Source: Desulfobulbaceae bacterium (GTDB lineage: Bacteria; Desulfobacterota; Desulfobulbia; Desulfobulbales; Desulfocapsaceae). Taken from it: a stretch of DNA of 64,000 nucleotides. The stretch spans positions 20,722 to 84,721 of the forward strand of contig JAIFKM010000044.1 in the NCBI GenBank assembly GCA_020049575.1, given 5' to 3'. Under the pieces are notes generated by a model, which ran no database searches, was not told where the DNA came from, and saw nothing but the letters and a program-made list of their open reading frames with translations. The position numbers and the translations under genes were made by a program. The number at the start of each line of letters is the position of its first letter. Position 1 is the first letter of the stretch. This document shows, piece by piece, positions 29,045 to 40,000 of the stretch.

Positions 29045-30055
29045 ATGTATCTTGCTAGAATTATAAAAGGAAGTGGTGTTAAGTATATTCTGCGCCAATC
29101 CTTCTTCGACCAAAAACAGGGGTGCTATCTTTTCCGCCAGGTCTATGATCTGGGGCGTCGACCGGCGGATTTTATCGATAGATCCAATGGGGCGCTGCCG
29201 GTATTGAATAGTCAGTTGGAAGAAGCAGTGGCTCTTGCCGGAGCCGGAAAAAGAGCATCCGAGGTTCTTGAGTTGCTGCTGCGGGATTTTTTCACGCGGG
29301 AGGAGCAGGAGCGTCTCGACCGACTTAGTCGGCGCAGGCCGCTAGCTATCCAGCCTTTCAGCCAAGAAGAAGAGGAAAGACTGGCCAGGGAAGTCCATCT
29401 TTTTGACAGAAAGCGGCTCTACTACCTGCGTTACGGTGCGGTGGACCAGAGCCGCATCCACCGCCTGCATAAAAAACTGTGCCGGCCTCTTCTTGGTCAG
29501 TGCCGGGATGAAAGGGAATACTCCTTTATGGACCAGGAGAAAATTCTCAGCCCTTCTGAATACCGGACCTATGTCTTTGCAATTTTCAATCTTCAGCGCT
29601 TTTTTGGTGAATCTTTTGCCCCTTTTATGCCTGGGGCTCTCGACCTGACGCAAATGGCCGATCAGTTGGTCGAGGAGATCTGTCGTCTGAACGAGGATAA
29701 ATCCTTTTGGGCAGGTCTGCCGGCAAACGGCTCACTCCATCCCCATCTTCGGCGCTATCTGGTGATGTTCTTTGATTATGAATTCGCCGCTCGTTCTTTC
29801 AAAGCGGATTTTGCAAGCCAGTTCACAGAGAACCACAGAAGCTTTCGCTGGCCGGAAAAGACGCGCAGCAATGTCGAGGTCAGCGAAATCTTTGGTAAGA
29901 CAATGGCTGATCTGCAGCAGATGACCCAGAAGGAACTGAGGCAACTTTTTCGACAACGGGCCAAGGAACTGCATCCCGATAGCGGTGGCGACCACAGCCG
30001 CTTCATTCTTCTGGCAGAGGCCTATGCCAGGCTGCAGAAGCGCTTCGAACGCTGA
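29045..30055 (+). CDS. Protein with C-terminal J-like domain (HPD motif)
   Basis: C-terminal LRQLFRQRAKELHPDSGGDHSRFILLAEAY; long uncharacterised N-region. Confidence 0.75.
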   Translation: MYLARIIKGSGVKYILRQSFFDQKQGCYLFRQVYDLGRRPADFIDRSNGALPVLNSQLEEAVALAGAGKRASEVLELLLRDFFTREEQERLDRLSRRRPLAIQPFSQEEEERLAREVHLFDRKRLYYLRYGAVDQSRIHRLHKKLCRPLLGQCRDEREYSFMDQEKILSPSEYRTYVFAIFNLQRFFGESFAPFMPGALDLTQMADQLVEEICRLNEDKSFWAGLPANGSLHPHLRRYLVMFFDYEFAARSFKADFASQFTENHRSFRWPEKTRSNVEVSEIFGKTMADLQQMTQKELRQLFRQRAKELHPDSGGDHSRFILLAEAYARLQKRFER

Positions 30056-30123
30056 CCGTCAATCGGTTAAAAAACGCTGACCGTCGATGTTTATTCTGAC
30101 GGGTCGTCTCTTACTGGCATTTT

Positions 30124-31410
30124 TTATCGTTCAATCAGCATCGCCATGCCCATGCCGCCGCCGATGCACATGGATATGAGGCCTGTAGAATACCCCCGGC
30201 GCTGCATCTGGTGGATGCCGGTCACCATCTGCCGGGCACCGGTGCAGCCGATGGGATGACCGAGGGAGATGCCGCTGCCGAGTTCATTGGCACGCTCCTG
30301 ATCGATCCCTAGTTCTCGCATGCAGCCAATGGCCTGGGAGGCAAACGCTTCGTTGAGCTCAATCATATCGATATCTCCCATGGTCATTCCTTTCTTCTTC
30401 AGGACCCGTCTGATTGCCGGCACAGGGCCCAGTCCCATGTAGGCGGGATCGAGTCCGCCGGCGGCAAAGGCAGTGATTCGTGCCATCGGCTCAAGGCCCA
30501 GTTGATGTGCTTTTTCTCCTGACATCAGCAGTACGGCAGCCGCACCATCGTTGATACCTGAAGAATTGCCGGCAGTTACTGAACCATCCTTGTCGAAGGC
30601 GGGTCTGAGCCGGGCGAGTTTTTCCATGCTGGTTTCCATGGGGCGTTCGTCGGTCTCAAAGAGTGTTTCGCTCCTGCTGTTCTTGATCAATACCGGCGTG
30701 ATTTCGTGACGAAAGTAGCCGGCCTGAATGGCTGCCAGCGCTCGGTTGTGGCTGAGTAGCGCCAGGGAATCCTGTTCTTCACGGCTGATTCCGTATTTCT
30801 TGGCGATATTTTCAGCGGTTACCCCCATGTGGTAGCCGTAGAATATCTCGTAGAGGCCGTCGAAGACCATGAGGTCGAGTATTTCTCCCCGGCCTGTGAG
30901 TTCCATTCGGTGGCCCCAACGGGCCTTCGGTAGGGCCATCGGCGCGTTGCTCATGCTTTCCTGGCCACCGGCCACGATAATTTCTGCCTCTCCTGCCATG
31001 ATCGAAGTCGCTGCCATGGCGATGGCCTTCAGGCCTGAGCCGCATATCTTGTTGATGGTGCAGGCCGGGGTTTCCTTGCAGTAGCCGGCCCGGATCATGC
31101 TTTGCCTGGCTGGGTTCTGTCCCTGGCCTGCCTGGAGGACATTGCCCATGATCACTTCGTCGATAGATATCGGCTGCAGGCTGGAATCCCAGCTTGCAGC
31201 CTCCTTTTCCACATCGATCAATCCCTGGTCGGCGAGCTGGGTCGGGGCCAGTCTGGTCGTCTCGTCGTCTAGTGCCGGACGCAATCCAACTTTACGTAAA
31301 ACGTCTTGCAGGACAAGAGAGCCCAACTCGATGGCCGGAACATTTTTCAAGGCCCCCGCAAAGGCCGCGACTGGCGTTCTTGATCCACTAACTATCACAA
31401 CTTCCTTCAT
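30124..31410 (-). CDS. Acetyl-CoA C-acetyltransferase (thiolase)
   Basis: NKICGSG, VTAGNSSGINDGAAA, ELNEAF, GHPIGCTG and SMCIGGG motifs. Confidence 0.93.
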   Translation of the reverse strand: MKEVVIVSGSRTPVAAFAGALKNVPAIELGSLVLQDVLRKVGLRPALDDETTRLAPTQLADQGLIDVEKEAASWDSSLQPISIDEVIMGNVLQAGQGQNPARQSMIRAGYCKETPACTINKICGSGLKAIAMAATSIMAGEAEIIVAGGQESMSNAPMALPKARWGHRMELTGRGEILDLMVFDGLYEIFYGYHMGVTAENIAKKYGISREEQDSLALLSHNRALAAIQAGYFRHEITPVLIKNSRSETLFETDERPMETSMEKLARLRPAFDKDGSVTAGNSSGINDGAAAVLLMSGEKAHQLGLEPMARITAFAAGGLDPAYMGLGPVPAIRRVLKKKGMTMGDIDMIELNEAFASQAIGCMRELGIDQERANELGSGISLGHPIGCTGARQMVTGIHQMQRRGYSTGLISMCIGGGMGMAMLIER

Positions 31411-31495
31411 AAAATTCTCCTTTTCGAGGGAGGGGTCAGTTGATTCTTTTCAGACTCGCAGGTTGTTCCAACGAGAAAAAGAATTTGAATAATGG

Positions 31496-31524
31496 TTGAC
31501 TTAAACGTAAGGGTAAGGTATACG
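31496..31524 (+). promoter_or_regulatory. Sigma70 promoter overlapped by MerR/LiuR-type operator (site 1)
   Basis: TTGACT-17 nt-TATACG; operator TTGACTTAAACGTAAGGGTAAG centred on ACGT. Confidence 0.65.
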
Positions 31525-31605
31525 AAAAATATTGCAAGATTTTTATACAGTATCACTGTGTGGACGATCGATTCAGTGCGTCATTTTCTTGTGGAGAGAT
31601 AAACA

Positions 31606-33456
31606 ATGGACATCCTCTCGTATCAGTCAATCCCTGCAATTCTCAGGGAAAACGCCCGAAAATTTGGCAGCAGAACGGCTATTTCCTACAAAAAAAAGGG
31701 GGTGTATATCTCCCAGACCTATGCCGAATTCTACGAACGGGTGCAACTCCTCGCCAGAGGGCTTGGCAAGGTCGGTGTGCAGCCTGGAGATAAGGTGGCT
31801 ATCTTCTCGGAAAACCGCCTGGGATGGGCCATTTCTGATTTTGGCATTCAGTGTGCCGGGGCGATTACGGTACCGATTTATGCCACAAACACTGGAAAAC
31901 AGGCGGCCTATGTCATAAATCACAGCGAGGCCAAAGTGGTTTTTGTCTCGACCAAAGGGCAATACGAAAAACTGCTGGCCGTAAAGGATAAGATTCCCCA
32001 GGTCGAGCATATTATTTCCTATGAGCGGTTCATGGGTCATCGCTCTTTTCCAGTCTTCACCCAGTATCAGTTGTCCGAGATTGAAACGCCTCTCTCGCCG
32101 GAAGAGCAAAGTAAAATTGATCAGCAGATCGACAAGATCAGGCCTGAGGATATTATTACCATCATCTATACCTCCGGCACCACCGGTGTGCCCAAGGGTG
32201 TGCTGCTCAGCCAGTACAATATTCTCTGTGACTGCGAATTCGGTCTGCGGCGGCTTGGCGGAATGGGGGAGAAGGAAACCTTCCTGAGTTTTCTGCCCCT
32301 GAGTCATGTCCTCGAGAGGACTGGCGGCTATTATGCCACCTTATTGACCGGTAACCATATAGCCTTTGCCGAGGATGTCAAAAAAGTCATGGAGAATATG
32401 GCGGAGATCAAGCCGACCGCCATGGTCAGCGTACCGCGTCTCTTTGAAAAGATCCACTCTCGCATCTATGACAGTGTTCATCAGTCGAGTCCCTTTAAGC
32501 GCAATCTCTTTCATTATGCCGTAAAGGTCGGCAGTCGTTATGTTCAGCAGAAATTTATCGACAAGAAGCCGGTTGGCCTTCTTGGATTGCAATTTCGCTT
32601 TTTTGATCGCCTGGTATTCAGCAAGGTCCGGCAGCGTTTCGGCGGTTGTCTGCGATTTTTTATCTGCGGCGGCGCTCCTCTTGACAAGACGATCAATGAA
32701 TTCATGTGGATATTGGGGATGCCTGTCTTCAATGGTTATGGTCTTACCGAGACCAGTCCGGCTGTCACCCTCTGCAGTCTCAACGATATCCGTTTTGATT
32801 CTGTCGGCAAGCCTCTTGATGAGGTGCAGGTGAAGCTTGCCGAAGACGGTGAACTCATGCTCAAGGGGCCCATGATTATGCAGGGCTATTATAAGAACGA
32901 TGAGGCGACTACAGAGACCTTCGAAGACGGCTGGCTGAAGACCGGCGATATAGCCACGATCGACAAGGACGGGTTTATTTATATCGTCGATCGGAAGAAA
33001 GAAATCATTGTTACCGCAGGCGGGAAGAATATCGCGCCGCAGCCCATCGAAAACGACCTGCGACTCGATAAATATGTCTCCCAGGCCTTTGTCTTCGGGG
33101 ATCGCAAACCGTACCTCGTTGCCCTGCTGACTCCAGATATCGAGCGTCTTCTCGATTTCACCAAAGACGAGAAGATCGAATACCTCGATATCGACGAATT
33201 GGTACACAATGAAAAAGTTCAAAAGCTGTTCACAGCCCGGGTTGAGGCCTTGAACAAACAGCTGCCGCCGTACAAGACGATCAAACATTTCGCGCTGGTT
33301 CCGAGGGATTTCTCAATCGAGGGAGGGGAACTGACGCCGACCCTGAAGTTGAAACGTAAGGAAATCTACAAGAAATATGGAACACTCGTCGAAGAACTGT
33401 ATATGCAGAACGGGAGCAGTCTCGTCTTTCAGCAGAAAACAACACATGGAGAATAA
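31606..33456 (+). CDS. fadD: Long-chain fatty acid-CoA ligase (AMP-forming)
   Basis: IIYTSGTTGVPKG, GYGLTET, GWLKTGD and DRKKEIIVTAGGKNIAP motifs. Confidence 0.92.
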   Translation: MDILSYQSIPAILRENARKFGSRTAISYKKKGVYISQTYAEFYERVQLLARGLGKVGVQPGDKVAIFSENRLGWAISDFGIQCAGAITVPIYATNTGKQAAYVINHSEAKVVFVSTKGQYEKLLAVKDKIPQVEHIISYERFMGHRSFPVFTQYQLSEIETPLSPEEQSKIDQQIDKIRPEDIITIIYTSGTTGVPKGVLLSQYNILCDCEFGLRRLGGMGEKETFLSFLPLSHVLERTGGYYATLLTGNHIAFAEDVKKVMENMAEIKPTAMVSVPRLFEKIHSRIYDSVHQSSPFKRNLFHYAVKVGSRYVQQKFIDKKPVGLLGLQFRFFDRLVFSKVRQRFGGCLRFFICGGAPLDKTINEFMWILGMPVFNGYGLTETSPAVTLCSLNDIRFDSVGKPLDEVQVKLAEDGELMLKGPMIMQGYYKNDEATTETFEDGWLKTGDIATIDKDGFIYIVDRKKEIIVTAGGKNIAPQPIENDLRLDKYVSQAFVFGDRKPYLVALLTPDIERLLDFTKDEKIEYLDIDELVHNEKVQKLFTARVEALNKQLPPYKTIKHFALVPRDFSIEGGELTPTLKLKRKEIYKKYGTLVEELYMQNGSSLVFQQKTTHGE

Positions 33457-33459
33457 AAA

Positions 33460-35847
33460 ATGAGGCAGATCAATCGAGTAGCGGTGCTCGGCGCCGGAGT
33501 CATGGGTGCCACTATAGCCGCCCATCTGGCCAATGCGGGAGTAGATGTTCTTATGCTCGACATCGTCCCGAAGGAACTGACCAAGCAGGAGACCGAGAAA
33601 GGTCTGACAATGGAAAGTCCGGCAGTTCGTAACCGTATTGCCCAGAATGGCCTGCAAGGGCTGATGAAAATGAAACCGGCACCGTTTTTTCTGCCGGAAT
33701 ATGCGGGTTTAATTCAGGTTGGCAATCTGGAGGATGACCTGGCAAAACTGACGAGTTGTGACTGGGTCATTGAAGTGGTGGTTGAGTATATGCCGATCAA
33801 GCTCTCACTTCTCGAAAAAATCACCCCGTATCTTTCGCCGACCGCGATTCTCACCACCAACACCAGCGGTCTATCGGTTAACGAGATGGCGGCGGCCCTG
33901 CCCGGGGACCTGCGTCGCCGCTTCCTTGTCACTCATTTTTTCAACCCGCCGCGTTATATGCGCCTGATGGAAATCGTACCCTGCCGCGAGACTGATCCGG
34001 CGGTAATCCAGGATATGGCTGATTTCCTCAGCAGCAGGCTCGGCAAGGGTATTGTCTACGCCAAGGATACAGTGAATTTCATTGCCAACCGCATTGGTGT
34101 GTATGCCATTTATAAGGGTATCCAGCACATGATGGAGCTTGGCATGACCGTTGAGGAGGTCGATTCCATGGCCGGTCCGGTTACTGCCCGGCCAAAGAGC
34201 GCGGCCTTCCGCACCGCCGATCTGGTGGGATTGGACACGCTTGCCCATGTCGGCAGCAATTCCTACAATCTCCTGCCTGATGATGAGGAGCGTGATGTTT
34301 TCAAATTGCCCGACTTCATGGCCAAGATGATCGAGAAGGGACTGCTCGGCAACAAGACCAAAAAAGGTTTTTACGCTAAGGAAATGGTCGACGGCAAGAG
34401 GCAGATCCTCTATTTCGACTATCAGACCGGTGAGTACAAGCCCATCGCCAAACCGAAATTTCCCTCGGCGCAGCTGGTAAAACAGGTCGATGATCCCGGC
34501 CAGAAGATCAAAATGGTGCTCGGTGCGAGTGACAAGGGGGCTGAGTTTGCCTGGAAGAGTATCCGCGACACCCTGATCTATACGGTGAACCGGATTCCTG
34601 AGATTGCCGACGATGTGGTTAATGTCGACAACGCCATGAAATGGGGCTTCAACTGGGAGATCGGGCCGTTTGAGATGCTCGACGCCATCGGGGTGCCGGC
34701 CTTTGTCAAACGGGCCGAGAAGGACGGGGTCGCGGTGCCGGCGAGCCTGAAAGGGGTCGAGGTCTTCTATCGTTTTGACGAGTCTGGCCGCAAGGAATTC
34801 TACGATCTGCAGAAGGGCAGCTATGTGCCGGTGCCGGTCAAGGAGCGGCAGATTAATCTCGAGATCCTCAAGAAGGCCGGCAAGGTGGTCGAGAAAAACG
34901 CCAACTGCTCGATTCTCGATCTCGGCGACGGTGTCTTCGGCTTTGAATTCCATTCGAAGATGAACGCCATCAGCGGCGACATCCTGGCGATGACCCACAA
35001 GGCCGTCAAAAGGGCCGAGGATGAGGGCGTTGGTCTGGTCCTTGGCAACCGCGGGGCCAACTTCTCGGTCGGCGCCAACCTGATGATGCTGGCCGTAGCC
35101 ATTGCCGAAGGTGCCTATGACGACATCCACATGGTCATCCGCTCTTTCCAGAAGGCCACCATGGCGGTGAAATACGCCAAGGTTCCGGTCGTTGCCGCAC
35201 CTTTCAACATGGCCCTTGGCGGTGGCTGCGAGTTTTGTCTGCACGCTGATGCCATCAATGCTTATGCCGAGACCTATATGGGCCTTGTCGAGATGGGCGT
35301 CGGTCTTTTACCGGCAGGCGGCGGCACCAAGGAAATGTGTCTGCGGGCAGTCGAACTTGCCAAGCAGTACGGTACCGATCCGCAGCCCTTTATCTTCAAA
35401 AATTTCCAGCAGATCGGCACCGCGAAGGTATCAATGAGCGCCGCCGAGTTGTTCGACATGGGCTATATGCGCCGGGGCGACAGCATCACCATGGATATCG
35501 ACCAGTTGATCGCCGACGCCAAGCAGAAAGTCCTGGCCCTTGCGGTCAATTACCGGCCTAAACGGCCGCTTGAGAATATCCCGGCGCCCGGCCGTGGTAT
35601 TGCCGCTAGCATCAAGAGTCAGCTGTGGAATATGAAGATGGGCAATTTCATCACCGAGTACGAATACGAGATGGGCTCGCTCATCGGCCAGATCATCTGC
35701 GGCGGCGACGTCGCTGCCGGCACGCTCATTTCGGAAGAGTATCTTCTGCAGTTGGAAAGAGAGGGGTTTGTCAAGCTCTGCGGCAATAAAAAGACGGTGG
35801 AGCGTATCCAGCATATGCTGAAGACCGGTAAACCGCTTCGTAACTAG
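33460..35847 (+). CDS. fadN: 3-hydroxyacyl-CoA dehydrogenase / enoyl-CoA hydratase (FadN type)
   Basis: GAGVMG, TNTSG and HFFNPPRYM, followed by a crotonase domain (NFSVGANL, ALGGGCE) and C-terminal GKPLRN. Confidence 0.92.
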   Translation: MRQINRVAVLGAGVMGATIAAHLANAGVDVLMLDIVPKELTKQETEKGLTMESPAVRNRIAQNGLQGLMKMKPAPFFLPEYAGLIQVGNLEDDLAKLTSCDWVIEVVVEYMPIKLSLLEKITPYLSPTAILTTNTSGLSVNEMAAALPGDLRRRFLVTHFFNPPRYMRLMEIVPCRETDPAVIQDMADFLSSRLGKGIVYAKDTVNFIANRIGVYAIYKGIQHMMELGMTVEEVDSMAGPVTARPKSAAFRTADLVGLDTLAHVGSNSYNLLPDDEERDVFKLPDFMAKMIEKGLLGNKTKKGFYAKEMVDGKRQILYFDYQTGEYKPIAKPKFPSAQLVKQVDDPGQKIKMVLGASDKGAEFAWKSIRDTLIYTVNRIPEIADDVVNVDNAMKWGFNWEIGPFEMLDAIGVPAFVKRAEKDGVAVPASLKGVEVFYRFDESGRKEFYDLQKGSYVPVPVKERQINLEILKKAGKVVEKNANCSILDLGDGVFGFEFHSKMNAISGDILAMTHKAVKRAEDEGVGLVLGNRGANFSVGANLMMLAVAIAEGAYDDIHMVIRSFQKATMAVKYAKVPVVAAPFNMALGGGCEFCLHADAINAYAETYMGLVEMGVGLLPAGGGTKEMCLRAVELAKQYGTDPQPFIFKNFQQIGTAKVSMSAAELFDMGYMRRGDSITMDIDQLIADAKQKVLALAVNYRPKRPLENIPAPGRGIAASIKSQLWNMKMGNFITEYEYEMGSLIGQIICGGDVAAGTLISEEYLLQLEREGFVKLCGNKKTVERIQHMLKTGKPLRN

Positions 35848-35893
35848 CACGCCGCCGATTTCGAATTTTATATACTCATAAGAGAGGATAGAT

Positions 35894-37066
<1,173 letters not shown>

Positions 37067-37107
37067 AAACAAACTATACATTACTACCTTATACGGGAGT
37101 CACGAAC

Positions 37108-38886
37108 ATGGCAGAGAATATAGCAAAAGGCGGAGAATATCTGATTAGCGATGTATCCTGCGCAGAGGTTTTCACGCCCGAGGATTTCACCGACGAGCAA
37201 CGGGCGATGGGTGAGACCACCGAGCAGTTTGTGCAGAACGAGATCATGCCGCATGTCGAGGAAATCGAAAAACAGAATTTTGATATCGTCGTTGAGGGGA
37301 TGAAGAAGTGCGGCGAGCTTGGCCTCCTGATGATGGATGCCCCCGAGGAATATGGCGGCCTCGAACTCGACAAGGCCTCGAGCATGCTGGTCGGCGAGAA
37401 GATCGCCCATGCTGGTTCCTTCTCGGTGGCTTTTGCGGCCCATTCCGGTATCGGCACCCTGCCGCTGATTTATTATGGAACCCCGGCCCAGAAGGAACAA
37501 TACCTGGGTAAGATCATCAGCGGTGAATGGTGCGCAGCGTATTGCCTGACCGAACCGGGCTCGGGCAGCGACGCCCTCGGCGCCCAGGCTACTGCCGTTC
37601 TTTCGGAGGATGGCAAACACTATATCCTCAACGGCACCAAACAGTTCATCACCAATGGTGGTTTCGCTAAACTCTTCACCATCTTTGCCAAAATCGATAA
37701 GGAACACTTTACCGCCTTTCTGGTGGAGAAGGATTTTCCGGGCCTGATTGTTGGAGCCGAGGAGAAAAAACTTGGAATTAAGGGCTCCTCAACTACCCAG
37801 ATTATTCTCGACAACTGCAAGGTGCCAGTTGAGAATCTGCTGGGTGAGATTGGCAAGGGGCATAAGATTGCCTTCAACGTCCTCAATGTCGGCCGGTTTA
37901 AACTCGGTGCGGGCGTGACCGGAGCGGCCAAGATGGCCCTTGAAGTCGGCATCAAATATGCTAACGAGCGGACCCAGTTTAAACGCAAGATCAGCAGTTT
38001 CGGGGCGATCGCCGAAAAAATCGCCGATCTCAATGTCGATATTTTTGCCTCGGAATCGTTGGTCTATCGTCTCGCCGGTCTCCTTGATAGAAAACTTGAG
38101 ACAATCGAGAAGGGTATTCCCAATTATTACGAGGAGTATCAGAAAGGCATTGAGGAGTACGCGCCGGAATGCGGCATCGCCAAGGTTTTCTGCAGTGAGG
38201 TGTTGGCCAAAACCGTCGATGAGGTAGTCCAGATTCACGGTGGATACGGCTTTGTCAGCGATTATCCGGCCGAGCGCTTTTATCGCGACGAGCGGATTAA
38301 CCGGATCTTCGAGGGGACCAACGAAATCAACCGTCTGCTCATCCCCGGCATGATCCTCAGGAAGGCGATGAAGGGCGAACTGCCGCTGCAGTCCCATGCC
38401 ATGAAGGCCTTCGAGTCACTGATGACTCCGAGTTTCGAAGAGATCGACGAGTCGGTGCTTTATGCCAAAGAGAAGGCCCTGATCAAGAATTTGAAGACCC
38501 TCTTTTTGATCCTCTCCGGTATTGGCGTGCAGAAATTCATGGACAAGATCGCCGATGAACAGGAGATCCTGATTGCTGCGGCTGATATCGCCATCCAGAT
38601 TTTCGCCCTCGAGAGTGCCGTACTGCGGGCCGAAAAGATCTATGCTGCAAGCAGCGCGCGCAAACAGGAACTGCTGGATGCGGCCGTCAAGGTCTTTTCC
38701 TTCAATGCCACCGAAGCGGTCGGTACCGCGGCCAAGAAAGGGGCCTTCTATATAGAGGAAGGCGATACTCTGACCATGGTTCTCTCGGGAATCCGTCGTT
38801 TTGCCAAGTATGATGCAACAGGCCTGCTCACCGCCAAACGAACTCTGGCCAAGGCGGCCTGCGAAGACGAGAAATACCTGTTCTAG
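37108..38886 (+). CDS. fadE: Acyl-CoA dehydrogenase (long, Bacillus FadE-type)
   Basis: YCLTEPGSGSDA, KQFITN, GIKGSST and RIFEGTNEINR motifs. Confidence 0.92.
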   Translation: MAENIAKGGEYLISDVSCAEVFTPEDFTDEQRAMGETTEQFVQNEIMPHVEEIEKQNFDIVVEGMKKCGELGLLMMDAPEEYGGLELDKASSMLVGEKIAHAGSFSVAFAAHSGIGTLPLIYYGTPAQKEQYLGKIISGEWCAAYCLTEPGSGSDALGAQATAVLSEDGKHYILNGTKQFITNGGFAKLFTIFAKIDKEHFTAFLVEKDFPGLIVGAEEKKLGIKGSSTTQIILDNCKVPVENLLGEIGKGHKIAFNVLNVGRFKLGAGVTGAAKMALEVGIKYANERTQFKRKISSFGAIAEKIADLNVDIFASESLVYRLAGLLDRKLETIEKGIPNYYEEYQKGIEEYAPECGIAKVFCSEVLAKTVDEVVQIHGGYGFVSDYPAERFYRDERINRIFEGTNEINRLLIPGMILRKAMKGELPLQSHAMKAFESLMTPSFEEIDESVLYAKEKALIKNLKTLFLILSGIGVQKFMDKIADEQEILIAAADIAIQIFALESAVLRAEKIYAASSARKQELLDAAVKVFSFNATEAVGTAAKKGAFYIEEGDTLTMVLSGIRRFAKYDATGLLTAKRTLAKAACEDEKYLF

Positions 38887-38894
38887 ATTGAAGG

Positions 38895-39005
38895 TCTTGC
38901 AAACAGCCGGACGTCGGCTGCAGTCTTTCGCACATGTGCATGGGAATGGCTGTTTTTGCAAGAGATTCACCAGAGCGGCAGTCCGGGATCGGACCGCCGC
39001 TCTGG
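38895..39005. repeat. Two adjacent intergenic inverted repeats (stable hairpins)
   Basis: TCTTGCAAACAGCC...GGCTGTTTTTGCAAGA (38895-38963) and CCAGAGCGGCAGTCC...GGACCGCCGCTCTGG (38970-39005). Confidence 0.7.
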
Positions 39006-39038
39006 TTGCTGTTACCTTTTTCTGGAAACGATTGGTGT

Positions 39039-39989
39039 ATGAAGATGAATATTACCCAGCATACCATCAACACTCCGTATATGGTTGGTCCGGTTCACTG
39101 CTACACGGCTGAGCGGGCCGGTGAGCTGGTCCTCTTTGATACCGGTCCGCCGACCAAAGAAGGCCGCCAATACCTGCGCGACCATGTCGATCTCCAGCAG
39201 TTGAAACACGTTATCGTCACCCATTGCCACATCGATCATTATGGTCAATCCTCCTGGCTGGAGGAGGAGACCGACGCCGCTATCTACCTGCCCTACCGCG
39301 ACTGTCTCAAAGTCATCCATCACGATGAACGGATGGAGAGAATGTATGACCTGCTGGCCGAGAAGGGTTTTCACCGGGAGTATCTCGGAGAGTTGAAGGA
39401 ATCACTGTACAAGAATGTCCTCTTTCCGCCTTTTCCGCAAAAATACCTGATTGCCGAGAAGGATATCCCTGATCATCTCGGTGTCGAGGTGTTGAGTTGT
39501 CCCGGTCATTCCCAGAGTGATCTGGTGTATGTCGTCGATGACTGTGCCATAACAGGCGACACCCTGCTGCGCGGAATTTTTCAGTCGCCTCTGCTCGATG
39601 TCGATCTCGAGACCGGCGGGCGATTCAACAATTATCAGGCCTATTGCACCAGTCTGATCAATCTGGCCGGTCTGCGCGACAAGCGGGTTCTGCCCGGTCA
39701 CCGGCACACCATTGACAGTGTCGATGTCATCGTTCTCTTCTATATTACCAAGATGCTGCAGCGGGTTGTGCAGTTGCGGCCCTTCCGGGGAGAGGAGAAT
39801 GTCGCTGAAATTATTCGCCGACTCTTCGGCGGTTCGATGACGGATGCTTTCCATATCTACCTGAAGGCCTCGGAGATTATTTTCATGATGGATTTTCTCA
39901 AAAATCCCGGAATATTGAAGGATTCGCTCGAAGATATCGGTCTCTTTGAGGATGTAGCTGAGCAGTTTCACCGGGCTGCCGGATGTTAA
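39039..39989 (+). CDS. MBL-fold metallo-hydrolase
   Basis: DTGP, THCHIDHYG, PGHS, TGD and LPGH motifs. Confidence 0.88.
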   Translation: MKMNITQHTINTPYMVGPVHCYTAERAGELVLFDTGPPTKEGRQYLRDHVDLQQLKHVIVTHCHIDHYGQSSWLEEETDAAIYLPYRDCLKVIHHDERMERMYDLLAEKGFHREYLGELKESLYKNVLFPPFPQKYLIAEKDIPDHLGVEVLSCPGHSQSDLVYVVDDCAITGDTLLRGIFQSPLLDVDLETGGRFNNYQAYCTSLINLAGLRDKRVLPGHRHTIDSVDVIVLFYITKMLQRVVQLRPFRGEENVAEIIRRLFGGSMTDAFHIYLKASEIIFMMDFLKNPGILKDSLEDIGLFEDVAEQFHRAAGC

Positions 39990-40000
39990 GGAGATAAAAA

